DNA of 64,000 bases from a virus (taxonomy: Duplodnaviria; Caudoviricetes). The notes under the pieces are model-generated. The model was not told where the DNA came from, did no database searches, and saw only the letters and a list, made by a program, of their open reading frames with translations. A program made the position numbers and the translations under genes. The DNA lies in the IMG/VR virus record IMGVR_UViG_2706795722_000001, positions 1-64,000 of that record. One strand, 5' to 3'. Positions 9,466 to 19,400 of this stretch are shown piece after piece (within the stretch, counting starts at the first letter, position 1; each line of letters begins with the position of its first letter).

Positions 9466-9978
9466 ATGCCTGCTAACCGCCCGGTGTACTGCACGACTGC
9501 TGCCATTCAGGTGCATCTGCAGAACATCAAGCTGCCTTCAGGGGTGACCTGGGACAGTTTGGCCGAGACCGCCTCGAACGAGGTGGACAGCAACATCGGT
9601 GTGCGGTACCAGACGCCTATTCAGGTCAGCGCGGTCGATCCTGAGACTCGCGCCGCCGCCTACTGGTTGCAGAACGTTTCTGCAATGGTGGCGGCGGCGC
9701 GTTTCATGCTTTCCGTGGCCGCTCCCGGCTCGCAGGACAGTGCGAACGGGTATGGTCGATACCTTCTGAGCAGCGCTCAGAAGCTCATGAACGATGTGAT
9801 CTCTGGTAAGGTTGACCTCAACGGTGCCATCGAGCTCACTCCGCTCGGCGAGGTTCAGGCTCCCACGATCATCAATGGTGACGCCTACTCGCAGGTGGAC
9901 CTCTACTACGAGAACATGATGCCCGAGGGTATCATGCCTGGCTTCGACGTTCCGAGGAGCAAGCCGTGGCCGATCTAG
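9466..9978 (+). CDS. Head-to-tail adaptor (Mu gp36/DUF1320-like)
   Basis: ASNEVDSNIGVRYQTPI motif; position after capsid. Confidence 0.7.
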   Translation: MPANRPVYCTTAAIQVHLQNIKLPSGVTWDSLAETASNEVDSNIGVRYQTPIQVSAVDPETRAAAYWLQNVSAMVAAARFMLSVAAPGSQDSANGYGRYLLSSAQKLMNDVISGKVDLNGAIELTPLGEVQAPTIINGDAYSQVDLYYENMMPEGIMPGFDVPRSKPWPI

Positions 9979-10460
9979 TTCTCGAGACAGTGCTGGACAC
10001 CAAGCGTCCACAGCTTCGACTTCGTGCGATCCAGAACAAGATCGAGGGCGCAGGCCTTGCCGCATTCATGCAGGGCTTTGCCGCACCGCTTCTTCAGGAT
10101 CGCGCAGCAGAACGCTTCAATAACCAGGGCGACGACGCTTCTGGTGCGTGGCAGCCGCTTCGAGACGCGACGATTTCTCGGCGCGAGAAGCAGGGCTACG
10201 TCCCTATCAAGATCAACGATCGCACAGGCGCCCTCCGCGCCTGGGTGGAGAGTGCAAATGGCAGGATCGTGGCAACCAAGTCTGCTGCGGTTCTCGAATG
10301 GCCTGGCACACCATCTAACAAGACGATCGGAAAGAAACTCAAGGTTGCTCAGCAGGGCACGAATAGTCCGTACACTCCAGCCCGTCCAGTGGTTGCGATT
10401 AACAGTGGAGACCTGCTGACCATTCTTGCCGCAATGGAAGCTTGGATTGGAGTCCCGTGA
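9966..10460 (+). CDS. Neck/virion morphogenesis protein (Mu gpG-like)
   Basis: RFNNQGDD..GAWQPL..ATI.RR...L..TG.LR pattern and PARP motif. Confidence 0.65.
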   Translation: MADLVLETVLDTKRPQLRLRAIQNKIEGAGLAAFMQGFAAPLLQDRAAERFNNQGDDASGAWQPLRDATISRREKQGYVPIKINDRTGALRAWVESANGRIVATKSAAVLEWPGTPSNKTIGKKLKVAQQGTNSPYTPARPVVAINSGDLLTILAAMEAWIGVP

Positions 10461-10942
10461 TCGACAACCCCGGGGACATCTTCTTTCCCTACAACGCCAT
10501 TGCACTTCTTGAGACCGCTTGTCGCATTAAGATCGACAGCGATCTCAATATGGAACGTAGGCGTCTGATTGTAACAGACCCTAACGATACGATCGGCATT
10601 GTGCCGGTAAGCTGGAATCCCGTATCGGGCGAGATGGGCAGAGTGGAGCCTACCACTCAGGTTTACACTCTGTACATTCAGACTCTCATTGTTGATCCTG
10701 ACGAGGCGCGTGGCTTGCAGACGCACTCGTATCTGGCGAAACGTGTGAGGGAAATGCTTGTGCGGGATGTCCCGCTACATGTAGCATTAATGTCGCTCAA
10801 GACGGTTGACCAGTACGGCGTGCGTGAATCTTCGCTCAAGAGTTCTGTGGGCGAGCAGGTCTTTCACAATCAGGAAACCGACGGAAACTGGCGTTACCTG
10901 AGCACGCTTGAGCTTCGGCTCGAAACCCAGATCAGTAACTAG
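10457..10942 (+). CDS. Tail terminator-like protein
   Basis: GTGA overlap with the previous stop; position before the tail tube. Confidence 0.55.
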   Translation: MIDNPGDIFFPYNAIALLETACRIKIDSDLNMERRRLIVTDPNDTIGIVPVSWNPVSGEMGRVEPTTQVYTLYIQTLIVDPDEARGLQTHSYLAKRVREMLVRDVPLHVALMSLKTVDQYGVRESSLKSSVGEQVFHNQETDGNWRYLSTLELRLETQISN

Positions 10943-10955
10943 CAAGGAGTTGGGA

Positions 10956-11291
10956 ATGCCATCAGTCGAAGAGCTGCAGGCCAAGCGCGAGGAGCTCGAG
11001 GCGCTGCGCGCCAGCAACGCGGCCGTCCAGGCCGAGCGCGACGAGGATGCCGCCGAGGGTCGTCGTCAGGCCGAGTACGACCGTCTCGAGCAGGAGATCG
11101 AGTTCGCCAAGCAGTCGCAGGCGATCCTCGAGGGCCTGCCGCCGTCGAACGCGCCCGAGACGCCGGGCGACAACACGCCGCCCGACAACACGAACCCCGA
11201 GGTCCCGGCGAGTCCCACGACTCCGCCCCCGGCCTGGCGACCCCCCGCCCCGTCCACCGAGACGGCGAACGACGAGACCGAGGAGAACTAA
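10956..11291 (+). CDS. Coiled-coil plus Pro/Thr-rich hypothetical protein
   Basis: AAGGAG RBS; strong GC3 bias. Confidence 0.7.
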   Translation: MPSVEELQAKREELEALRASNAAVQAERDEDAAEGRRQAEYDRLEQEIEFAKQSQAILEGLPPSNAPETPGDNTPPDNTNPEVPASPTTPPPAWRPPAPSTETANDETEEN

Positions 11292-11294
11292 GTC

Positions 11295-12317
11295 ATGGGT
11301 GTCAGTTCACAGCAGGGCGTCTTCGCTTTCAAGACGCAGACCGCGCGAGGTGTTCCGGCCACCGACATCGGCACGACCGGCGTCGCCCTCTACCGCACGG
11401 GCGGGTCGCTGACTCCGAACCGTGAGCTCATGATTCCGGACGCCGAGATCGGCGGCGGGCGCGACGTGCCCGACGCGCTACTCGGTCCGGTCTCGTTCGG
11501 CGGCGACATCGAGTTTTACACTCGATTCGTCTCCATCGGCACCCTCCTCAAGGCCGCCCTCGGCGTTCCGGTGTCGGCGGCCAAGGCGGGCGTGACGGGT
11601 GCCACCGAGCACACGTTCACCCCGACCGACCTGACGACCCTGCCGTTCCTGACGGTGTACGAGCGCATCGGTGCGAACCTCGAGCGTGTCCTCTACCAGG
11701 ATGTGGTGGTCAACACCCTGCACCTGGAGTCGGACGCGGACGGGTACCTCACCGGCACGGCGGGTCTGATCGGCTGCCGCGCGACCTTCGGCACGCCCGA
11801 CATCGACGTCTCGCAGGTGCTCGATGAGACCTCGATCACCGTCGGTACCAACATCAAGGTCCTGTACGACGGTGCCGACATCAAGGCGAAGTCGTTCTCG
11901 ATCGACATCAACAACAACTTCGAGGATGATGACTTCCGTCTCGGCTCCTTCTACCTGGAGGACCTGACCCCGAAGCGTCGCGAGGTCAACGGGTCGCTCA
12001 CTCTGCGGCACGAGGACAAGAACCTCATGCGGCAGTCGCTGCTCGGTTCCGCCTCGGCGACCCAGGCCGGTGGCCTCACCGCCAAGAAGCCGATCGAGAT
12101 CCAGATCCTCACCTACGGCGAGATCGCCGGCTCGACCCCGCCCGAGGTCTTCAGCCTGAACCTCGAGTTCCCGAAGACGGTGTTCGAGCCCTTCGGCTTC
12201 GAGCCTTCCGGCGACGACATCCTGGAGTCCGATGTGACGTTCCAGGCGCTGCGCCCCGAGTCGGCCACCCCGGTCATGACTGCGGTCCTGACCAACGGCG
12301 AGACCGCCGTGGTGTAA
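11295..12317 (+). CDS. Major tail (tube) protein
   Basis: 340 aa, extreme GC3 bias, beta-rich, upstream of chaperone and tape measure. Confidence 0.85.
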   Translation: MGVSSQQGVFAFKTQTARGVPATDIGTTGVALYRTGGSLTPNRELMIPDAEIGGGRDVPDALLGPVSFGGDIEFYTRFVSIGTLLKAALGVPVSAAKAGVTGATEHTFTPTDLTTLPFLTVYERIGANLERVLYQDVVVNTLHLESDADGYLTGTAGLIGCRATFGTPDIDVSQVLDETSITVGTNIKVLYDGADIKAKSFSIDINNNFEDDDFRLGSFYLEDLTPKRREVNGSLTLRHEDKNLMRQSLLGSASATQAGGLTAKKPIEIQILTYGEIAGSTPPEVFSLNLEFPKTVFEPFGFEPSGDDILESDVTFQALRPESATPVMTAVLTNGETAVV

Positions 12318-12345
12318 GCTCCCAGATTACCTCCTGGGATGGTTA

Positions 12346-12382
12346 GCCCTCCGGCTGTGTTGTCAAGTCGCAGTCGGAGGGC
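12346..12382 (+). terminator. Stem-loop between tail tube gene and tRNA
   Basis: GCCCTCCGGCTG pairs with CAGTCGGAGGGC (12 bp, one G-U); terminator or processing signal. Confidence 0.55.
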
Positions 12383-12389
12383 GACCTTA

Positions 12390-12462
12390 TGGGATATAGC
12401 TCAATTGGCAGAGCAGGCGACTGTTAATCGCCCGGTTACAGGTTCGAGTCCTGTTTTCCCAG
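12390..12462 (+). tRNA. trnN: tRNA-Asn (anticodon GTT), no encoded CCA
   Basis: Acceptor TGGGATA/TTTCCCA, D arm AGCTCAATTGGCAGAGC, anticodon arm GGCGA-CTGTTAA-TCGCC, T arm ACAGG-TTCGAGT-CCTGT, discriminator G. Confidence 0.95.
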
Positions 12463-12510
12463 CGTAACAACTGAATACATGTCAACTAAGACCAGTGAAA
12501 GGGTCAAACA

Positions 12511-13095
12511 ATGACGCAGGCAGCTTACGACCAGGACACCAGCGACTTCGAGGGTCGCCCCGAGGCCGAGCGCGCCAACGAGCGCGCCCTCGCGGCGGGC
12601 GAGCGCATCGAGGATCGCCAGTTCGTGGACTACTTCGCGACGCCCCAGCCGACGCGCTACTACCTTCCCGACGGCGTGCAGTACTTCGACTACGTCGAGC
12701 TGCGCGAGGGTGGCAAGGCCCTGTACGAGAAGGCCACCAACAAGGACATCCGCGTCCAGCGTTCGACCGGAGACGCCCGCCTGTCGGTGGACCCGGCGGT
12801 CCAGCGCCAGACCCTCGTCAAGCTCTCCGTGGTGGACGCGAACCTCCTCGAGTCGGACGGCCACGGCGGATCGCGGAAGATCCCCTTCAACAAGGAGCGC
12901 CCCGGCAAGTTCTGGGAGAACCTGTTCACGTTCTTCCCGGCCAAGATCATCGAGGACCTCAACCAGGAGATCATCAAGGCGAACTCCTGGCTCGCGGCCG
13001 ACGACGACGTCGAGGCCCTCAAGGAGGAGCGTGACCGCCTCGACGAGCGCATCGAGCGCGCGGAGGAGGAGCAGGCAAAAAAGATCTCCTCCTAG
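12511..13095 (+). CDS. Tail assembly chaperone (gpG-like)
   Basis: Position between tail tube and TMP; ends at an A AAA AAG slippery site. Confidence 0.85.
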   Translation: MTQAAYDQDTSDFEGRPEAERANERALAAGERIEDRQFVDYFATPQPTRYYLPDGVQYFDYVELREGGKALYEKATNKDIRVQRSTGDARLSVDPAVQRQTLVKLSVVDANLLESDGHGGSRKIPFNKERPGKFWENLFTFFPAKIIEDLNQEIIKANSWLAADDDVEALKEERDRLDERIERAEEEQAKKISS

Positions 13096-13358
13096 AGCAA
13101 GCGGGGGACTTCGTCAAGGGCAAGGGGATTTCAAACCCTCACCCCGCACTTCTGATCTACGCCCGACTCGAGGCGATGAAGTGGGCGATTCCCTACACTC
13201 CTGGAGGGATGGAAGACCAGAGCGTAATGCTCCTCCGGTGTTTCGACTTGATTAACAGGGTCAAGAACGATCACGAGAGACAAGAGAATAAGAAGCGTGA
13301 ACAAGAGATGAAGGCAAGGCAGAAGACGCCGAAAACCTCAGCTCGACGTAGACGCTGA
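12511..13358 (+). CDS. Tail assembly chaperone -1 frameshift product (gpGT-like)
   Basis: In-frame A AAA AAG at 13077-13083; the -1 frame is open from there (DLLLEQAGDFVKG...MKWAIPYTPGGMEDQ...) to TGA 13358. Confidence 0.85.
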
Positions 13359-13361
13359 AAC

Positions 13362-13397
13362 CACGAAGGGTAGTGCTTGCGAGCACTACCCTTCGTG
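13362..13397 (+). terminator. Perfect 16-bp hairpin before the tape measure gene
   Basis: CACGAAGGGTAGTGCT-TGCG-AGCACTACCCTTCGTG. Confidence 0.65.
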
Positions 13398-13466
13398 TGT
13401 ATTATTGACACGAACTCACGGACACACGAGGTCCATTCCATTGGACTTCGAAGTCTGGAGTAGACC

Positions 13467-16400
13467 TTGAACTCGGCAGCGACGAATATTCTCATCACTG
13501 CGCAGGCAGCTCAGGCGGTCGCTACTCTCAATCGCGTCCAAGCGCAGCTTCGCGCACTTCAGATTTCTGCCAAGACTGCACAGGCCTCGTCGAACGGTAG
13601 CTGGTTCGGCACGATGGCCGCAGGCCAGGGGCGTATCACCGCAACCCAGGCGTCCCTTCGAGGCTTCATTGCCTCGACCAATACCGCGAACGCTGCCAGT
13701 AACAGGCCGTGGTTTGCTTCAATGACAGCTGCTGGTTCCAGGTTACAGTGGATCGGCAAGCAGCTCACAATGAATGTCACGGCACCGCTCTTGCTTGCGG
13801 CAGGTGCGGGCGTGAAGTTCGGCCTCGACATGGAGAAGTCCATGACGCGGCTCAAGAAGGTCTACGGCGACGGCTCGATGAGCGCCAAGCAGCAAACCAA
13901 CGAGGTCAAGGCGCTCGAGAAGGCGATGATCGCCCTTTCGGACACCTACGGCGTAGCCTCGTCCGAGGTAGCCAATGTCGCCGCCGACTGGGCGGCTGCA
14001 GGCAGTTCCGGCAAGGCGCTCGCCGACCAGACGAAGCTTACCCTCGAGGCGATGATTCTCGGCGAGATGGATGCCGAGGAGGCGACTAAGTCGCTGATCG
14101 CCATCCAGGCGCAGTGGGGCGCGGTCACCGAGACTACCTCTGATAAGCTCGACAAAAACGGTAAGATCATTCAGAAGGTCGCCAACGACAAGCTGAGTCT
14201 TACCACCATTCTTCGCCAGCTCAACGCGGTGGAGAACGAGACCGGCACGTCGATGCAGGACCTCGTCACTGCATTCAGCAAGGCTTCCGGTGTCGCCAAG
14301 ACGGTCGGCCTTGATACCGCACACCTCGCGGCTATGGTTGCCGCACTTGTTCCTGCGGCAGGTAGTGCGACCGAGGCTGGTAATGGCCTGAAGACGATGC
14401 TTACCCGCGTCATGAACCCGACTCGAGCGAGTCGTCAGGTTCTCGAGGCGATGGGAATCCAGCTCGAGTCTGCAGGATGGCAGAGCCTTAACGCTGCGCA
14501 GCGACTTGAGATGCTGTCCGAGAAGTTCGGTGGGCTTACTCAGGCTCAGAAGATTCAGGCGTCTGCACTTGTCGCTTCGGTTTGGCAGATCAACAAGTTC
14601 GAAGTCCTTATGGACTCGATGCGCAACAAGATGGGCTACTACCACAAGTCGCTCGCCTTGCTCGCCGACCAGGACCGAGTTGCTGCGATCGCTCAGAAGG
14701 AGCTTAACGCGGTCCTCGAGTCGAGTCCGCAGCGCGCAAAGCAGGCTGGCGCTATCATCAAGAACTCCTTGATGAAGGCGATGGAGCCTCTTATTCCAGT
14801 CATCATTCAGGTGGCTCTTTGGTTCGGCAAGCTATTCCGAGCCTTCTCGGAGATTTCTCCGTCTGTTCGTTCACTCATCGTCTTGATTCTTTTGGTGGCC
14901 GCAGCCCTCGGCCCCATGATCGTGATGATGGGTCTTCTCAAGCTTTCTATTGGTCAGCTCGCGCCGATCTTCATGGCGCTCGGTCGAGTGCTCCTTCTCC
15001 CGCTGGCCCCTCTTAAGCTTCTTACGATTGGTTTTTGGGCTACAGCGCTTCGTTCTGTAGCTATGGCTCGCGTCCTTCTTGGCGTCGTAACTGCCATCAA
15101 GGGTTTTGCGCTCGCTATGGCAGCTGTAGCGGCTATCGCTTCGCCTGTGTGGGCGGCGATGCTAGCCGGAACCGTTGCAGCGGGAAAGGCAATCGTAGCT
15201 GCATGGCGTTTGGCGTGGGCAAGTCTCATTGGAATCCAGCTTGCAGCTGGAATTGTTCTGACTACGCGCCAGAAGATCATGCTCGCGGCCATGCTTACCG
15301 CGCAGATTCTCTGGAATCGTGCTTCGATTGCAGCACAGAAGGCTTGGGCTGTAGCATCGTACGCGGTGCAGTACGCCTACGCAGCGGTCATGATGACTAT
15401 CCAGTCGGCATGGGCTGCCGCGATGATCCTTAAGACTGCCGCAATGCACGTCGCGCTCATGTCGGCCCAGGCCGCAGGACAGGTCGCCCAACTTGCCCTC
15501 CAGCGATCCTGGGCGGCGGCGTCTCTTGTTATCACCACTACCTGGGCAGCGGCTCAGGTGTGGCTTACTATTGCCTGGCGAGAAGCGTCGGTGGCTGCAC
15601 AGACCGCAGCCTATCTTGTCATGCTCGGTCTTCAGAAGGCCTGGGCCGCGGCGTCACTCTTGCTTCAGGCTTCGACCTGGCGCAAGATCATTGCTATTAC
15701 TATGGCAGGCTCGAAGGGGATGGCCGCTGCTGCACTTGCGGGAGGCAGGCTTCTTCTTGCTGCACTGGCATCTCCGTGGCTTCTGGCTATTGGCGTTGTT
15801 GTCGGCTTGATTGTGATGTTCCGCAAGCAGATCTCTGCTGCCTTTAACAACATTGTTAACTACTTCCGAAACCTTCCTGCCGAGACCGCAAAGGGCCTCT
15901 CGCCGCTGACGAACATCTTCGTGAGGGCAAAGAACGCTATTGTTGGCGCTTTCAACGCGCTCCCTGCTGGCGTCAAGAATGCGCTACTCGCGGTCGTGCG
16001 TATCGTTCGCGCAGCTGCCATGAAGGTGTACGAGCTGTTCTCGTACATCAATCCGTTTGCACACCACTCTCCCTCGTTGGTCGAGAACGTCACCAACGGT
16101 ATGGCTGAGGTTAACAAGCAGTTCACCAACTCGGCCTCGGTCGCTAAGCGCGCCATCAGCGAGATGCACGGTTCGATTCGCAGTCTCGAGGGGCTCGGTA
16201 GCGGGCTTAAGGCTTCGAACGAGCAGGCAGACCGGGACAAGGTTGCAAGCAACGCTGGCAAGGCTGGCGTCGGCAACGCAATGGGCGAGTACGACCGCCT
16301 AAACTCCCAGGTCAAGGCTTCCAAGGCTGAACTCGAGCGCATGAATGTTGCGATCGAGGCTCAGGAGGCCAAGCTCAAGTCTGTCAAGGCTGGCGTCGAG

Positions 16401-19400
16401 GCTTACGACGCCGCGCTCGAGAAGATGAACAGCGAGCTGGCGACCACCGAGTCGATCCAGCAGGACGTATCCCGCGCATTGGATGCCGCGAAGGCTCGGT
16501 ATGACCGCTTCGCGAACGCTCAGATCAAGGGCATGGGTGCCGCCGAGGATGCTATCTTTGCCAATACGATGGCACAGAAGCGTCTTCAGCTTCAGATCGC
16601 GAAGATGAAGCAGGCCAACCCTGGCATCGACAACCTCACCGATTCGTACTCCAAGCTGCAGGGCTCGATTGAGGAGCTGACCGCCAAGCAGAAGGAGCTG
16701 CGAGAGGGTGGCGCAGGCTCTGACGTCTTGGGCGAGTACGACAAGATGATCGCCGAGCTGAAGGGTCAGCAGGGCGATGTCATGGGGGGCCAGCTCGACG
16801 GACCCGCCGGAAAGCTCAAGGAGCTCAACGAGCAGCTCGAGAATCTCCAGTCTCAGGCCGAGATCATGGACCTCGAGAAGTCTCTGCAGTTCGATTCGCT
16901 GAACCGTAACATTGAGAAGTTCAAGAACAACGTCGAAGAGCTTCCGTACGGCCAGATCATGCAGGGGATGGACTCCTCTCGCACTTCGGTTAACAACCTT
17001 CAGTACGCTTACGACAGCTTGGGTATTGTGATCGACGGCCAGAAGGCCAAGATTGCAGACACTCAGGCTGCTCGTGATGCACTCCAGAAGACTTACGACG
17101 CCGAGAACACGAAGCTCGAGAAGGTCAAGGAGACCTATCAGGCACTCGAAGAAGCTATCCGTTCCGGCGAGCAGGCGATGCAGGACTTCGCCTCGCAGGC
17201 GGAACAGGCTGTTCAGCGCCAGGAGGAGGCGGCTCAGGCCGCCGAGAAGGCTGCAAAGGCTGGCAAGGGTGGAAAGGGTGGCGGCGGAAGCGACCCCTCC
17301 AATGCGCTGCAGAACTTCGAAGACGCCGCAGCCGGTGACTTCCCGACATTCGGTGGCAAGGACACCATCGGTCGCGAGGGTGGTCTTGGTGATCAGTCTT
17401 CGCAGATTGACCAGTTTACCAAGAGTATCACCGACGGGCTCGAGACGAGCCTCGGTGGCCTGAATCCGTTCGCTCCGCTCATGAAGTGGTGGGACAACAC
17501 TGTCAACTGGTTCAAGGGTATGATGGGGCCGTTTGGTGACATCTTCTCTGGAATCGGCGAGGGTATTCGAGTTGCGTTCAGCTCGGACGACACTGGTGCG
17601 GTTAGTGGTTTTGGTCAGACCATCCAGACGGTCAAGGATTCGCTGAGCGGATTCTGGGACACCCTCAAGACCATCGGCAGCCTCATCGGTGGTCTGTTCG
17701 GCCCTGACCTTATGACCTCCATCTCGGAGTTCGGTAACGGCTTTGCGGACATCTGGGGTAAGATCTCGGGGCCGCTCAAGGACCTTGGCGCCGAGGTAAT
17801 GCCTTTCATCAAGGCCGCGTTCGAGGCGCTCACGCCTGTCATCGGAATCTTCGTTGCCGCGCTAGAGGTTATCTGGGAAGTTATCAACGGAGCCATCGGT
17901 CCCGTCTTCACCTGGCTGGGCGATATTATCAAGTCGATCATCCAGATCATCACTGGTGTTGTCAAGATCATCACCGGCGTTATCAACGTTGTTGTCGGTC
18001 TTGTTAAGACTGTCATTGGTGTCATCAAGGGTATCTTCACCGGAGACTGGAGTACTGCGATCGAGGGGCTCAAGCAGCTCTTCGTTGACGGCTTCGGCAA
18101 GATCTTCAGTGGCATCTGGGACATCGTCAAGGGCATCTTTGGTGCAATCTGGAGCACGATCAAGAACTTCGTCGCCCTGATTATCAATACGATCTACGGC
18201 TTCATCAAGGGCGTCATCGACTTCTTCACCGAGCTGTGGGACGTGCTCGTCGGGCACTCGATCATTCCCGACATGGTCACTGCGATCATCGAGTGGTTCT
18301 TCAAGCTTCCCGGCACTCTCCTCGGTTTGGTTGGCGACCTTGTTGTTAACATCATCACATTCTTCATCTCCCTCCCGCTCAAGATTCTCGCGGGCCTCGG
18401 CGAGCTAGGCTCTCTGCTTGGCGAGTGGCTTGGCAAGGCTTGGACTTGGCTTCAGGAGAACGCGCCTCGCCTCGCCGAGGGCTTCATGCAGTGGGTTCGA
18501 GATTTTCCGAAGAACTTTATTACGGGACTTGGGTTCTTTGGCGACAAGCTCGGCGAGTGGCTCGGCAAGGCGTGGACCTGGCTTCAGGAGAATGCGCCTA
18601 ACCTGATCGCCGGGTTCCTCGGATTCATGGCTAAGATTCCCGGCTTCATTCTCGAGAAGCTTGGTCAGCCTGCCGGTATGCTCCTGCAGTACGGCAAGGA
18701 TATGATCCAGGGTCTGCTCGACGGCGCTGGCTCCTTGCTTAAGGACATTGGCAAGTTTATGCTTGACAAGCTGCCGGGATGGATCAAGGAGCCCTTCAAG
18801 AAGGCAATGGGCATCGCGTCCCCCTCGAAGGTCTTCAAGGGCTACGGCGAGAACATTGGCGAGGGCCTTGTTCTCGGCATGGACGGCCAGCAGAAGCAGG
18901 TCGAGGATTCTTCAAAGGCTCTCGCTGCCGCTGCCGACACCGGGCCTATCGGAATCAGTGCCGCTCCCGATACTTCGAGCGTGACCGGTGCGATGGATGC
19001 CGTAGCCAAGCAGGCTGCCGCCGCGCCCGCAGCAACGGCCACTATCGACGCGCAGGCGGGCGCGGTCGCCGCCGCCGACCCGTCGCAGCTCAACCTTGAC
19101 TCCACGACTGCGGAGCTCGACGCATTCATCGCAGACTCGACTGCCAAGTTGGCTGCATTCAATGCGCAGGTGACCGGCAGTATGGTTGCGATGGCCGAGG
19201 CTATCGCTGCGGCGTTCAAGGCTATCGAGACTTCGGCCTCTACCTCGTTCACCGCACTCGCGGGAACCGGCGTTAGCCAGTTCACGACGATGCAGACTAC
19301 CCTCGTGGCTATCGTCACCAAGATGGTTGCAGACATCGCAGCCCAGCTGCAGTCGCTACTGGAGCAGGTCAAGGCGTTCACCACTCAGTTCGCTGCCGCA

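Noticed and set aside
13404-13435. TTGACA upstream of the tape measure gene as a promoter
   Set aside because: No TAnnnT at 16-18 nt spacing.
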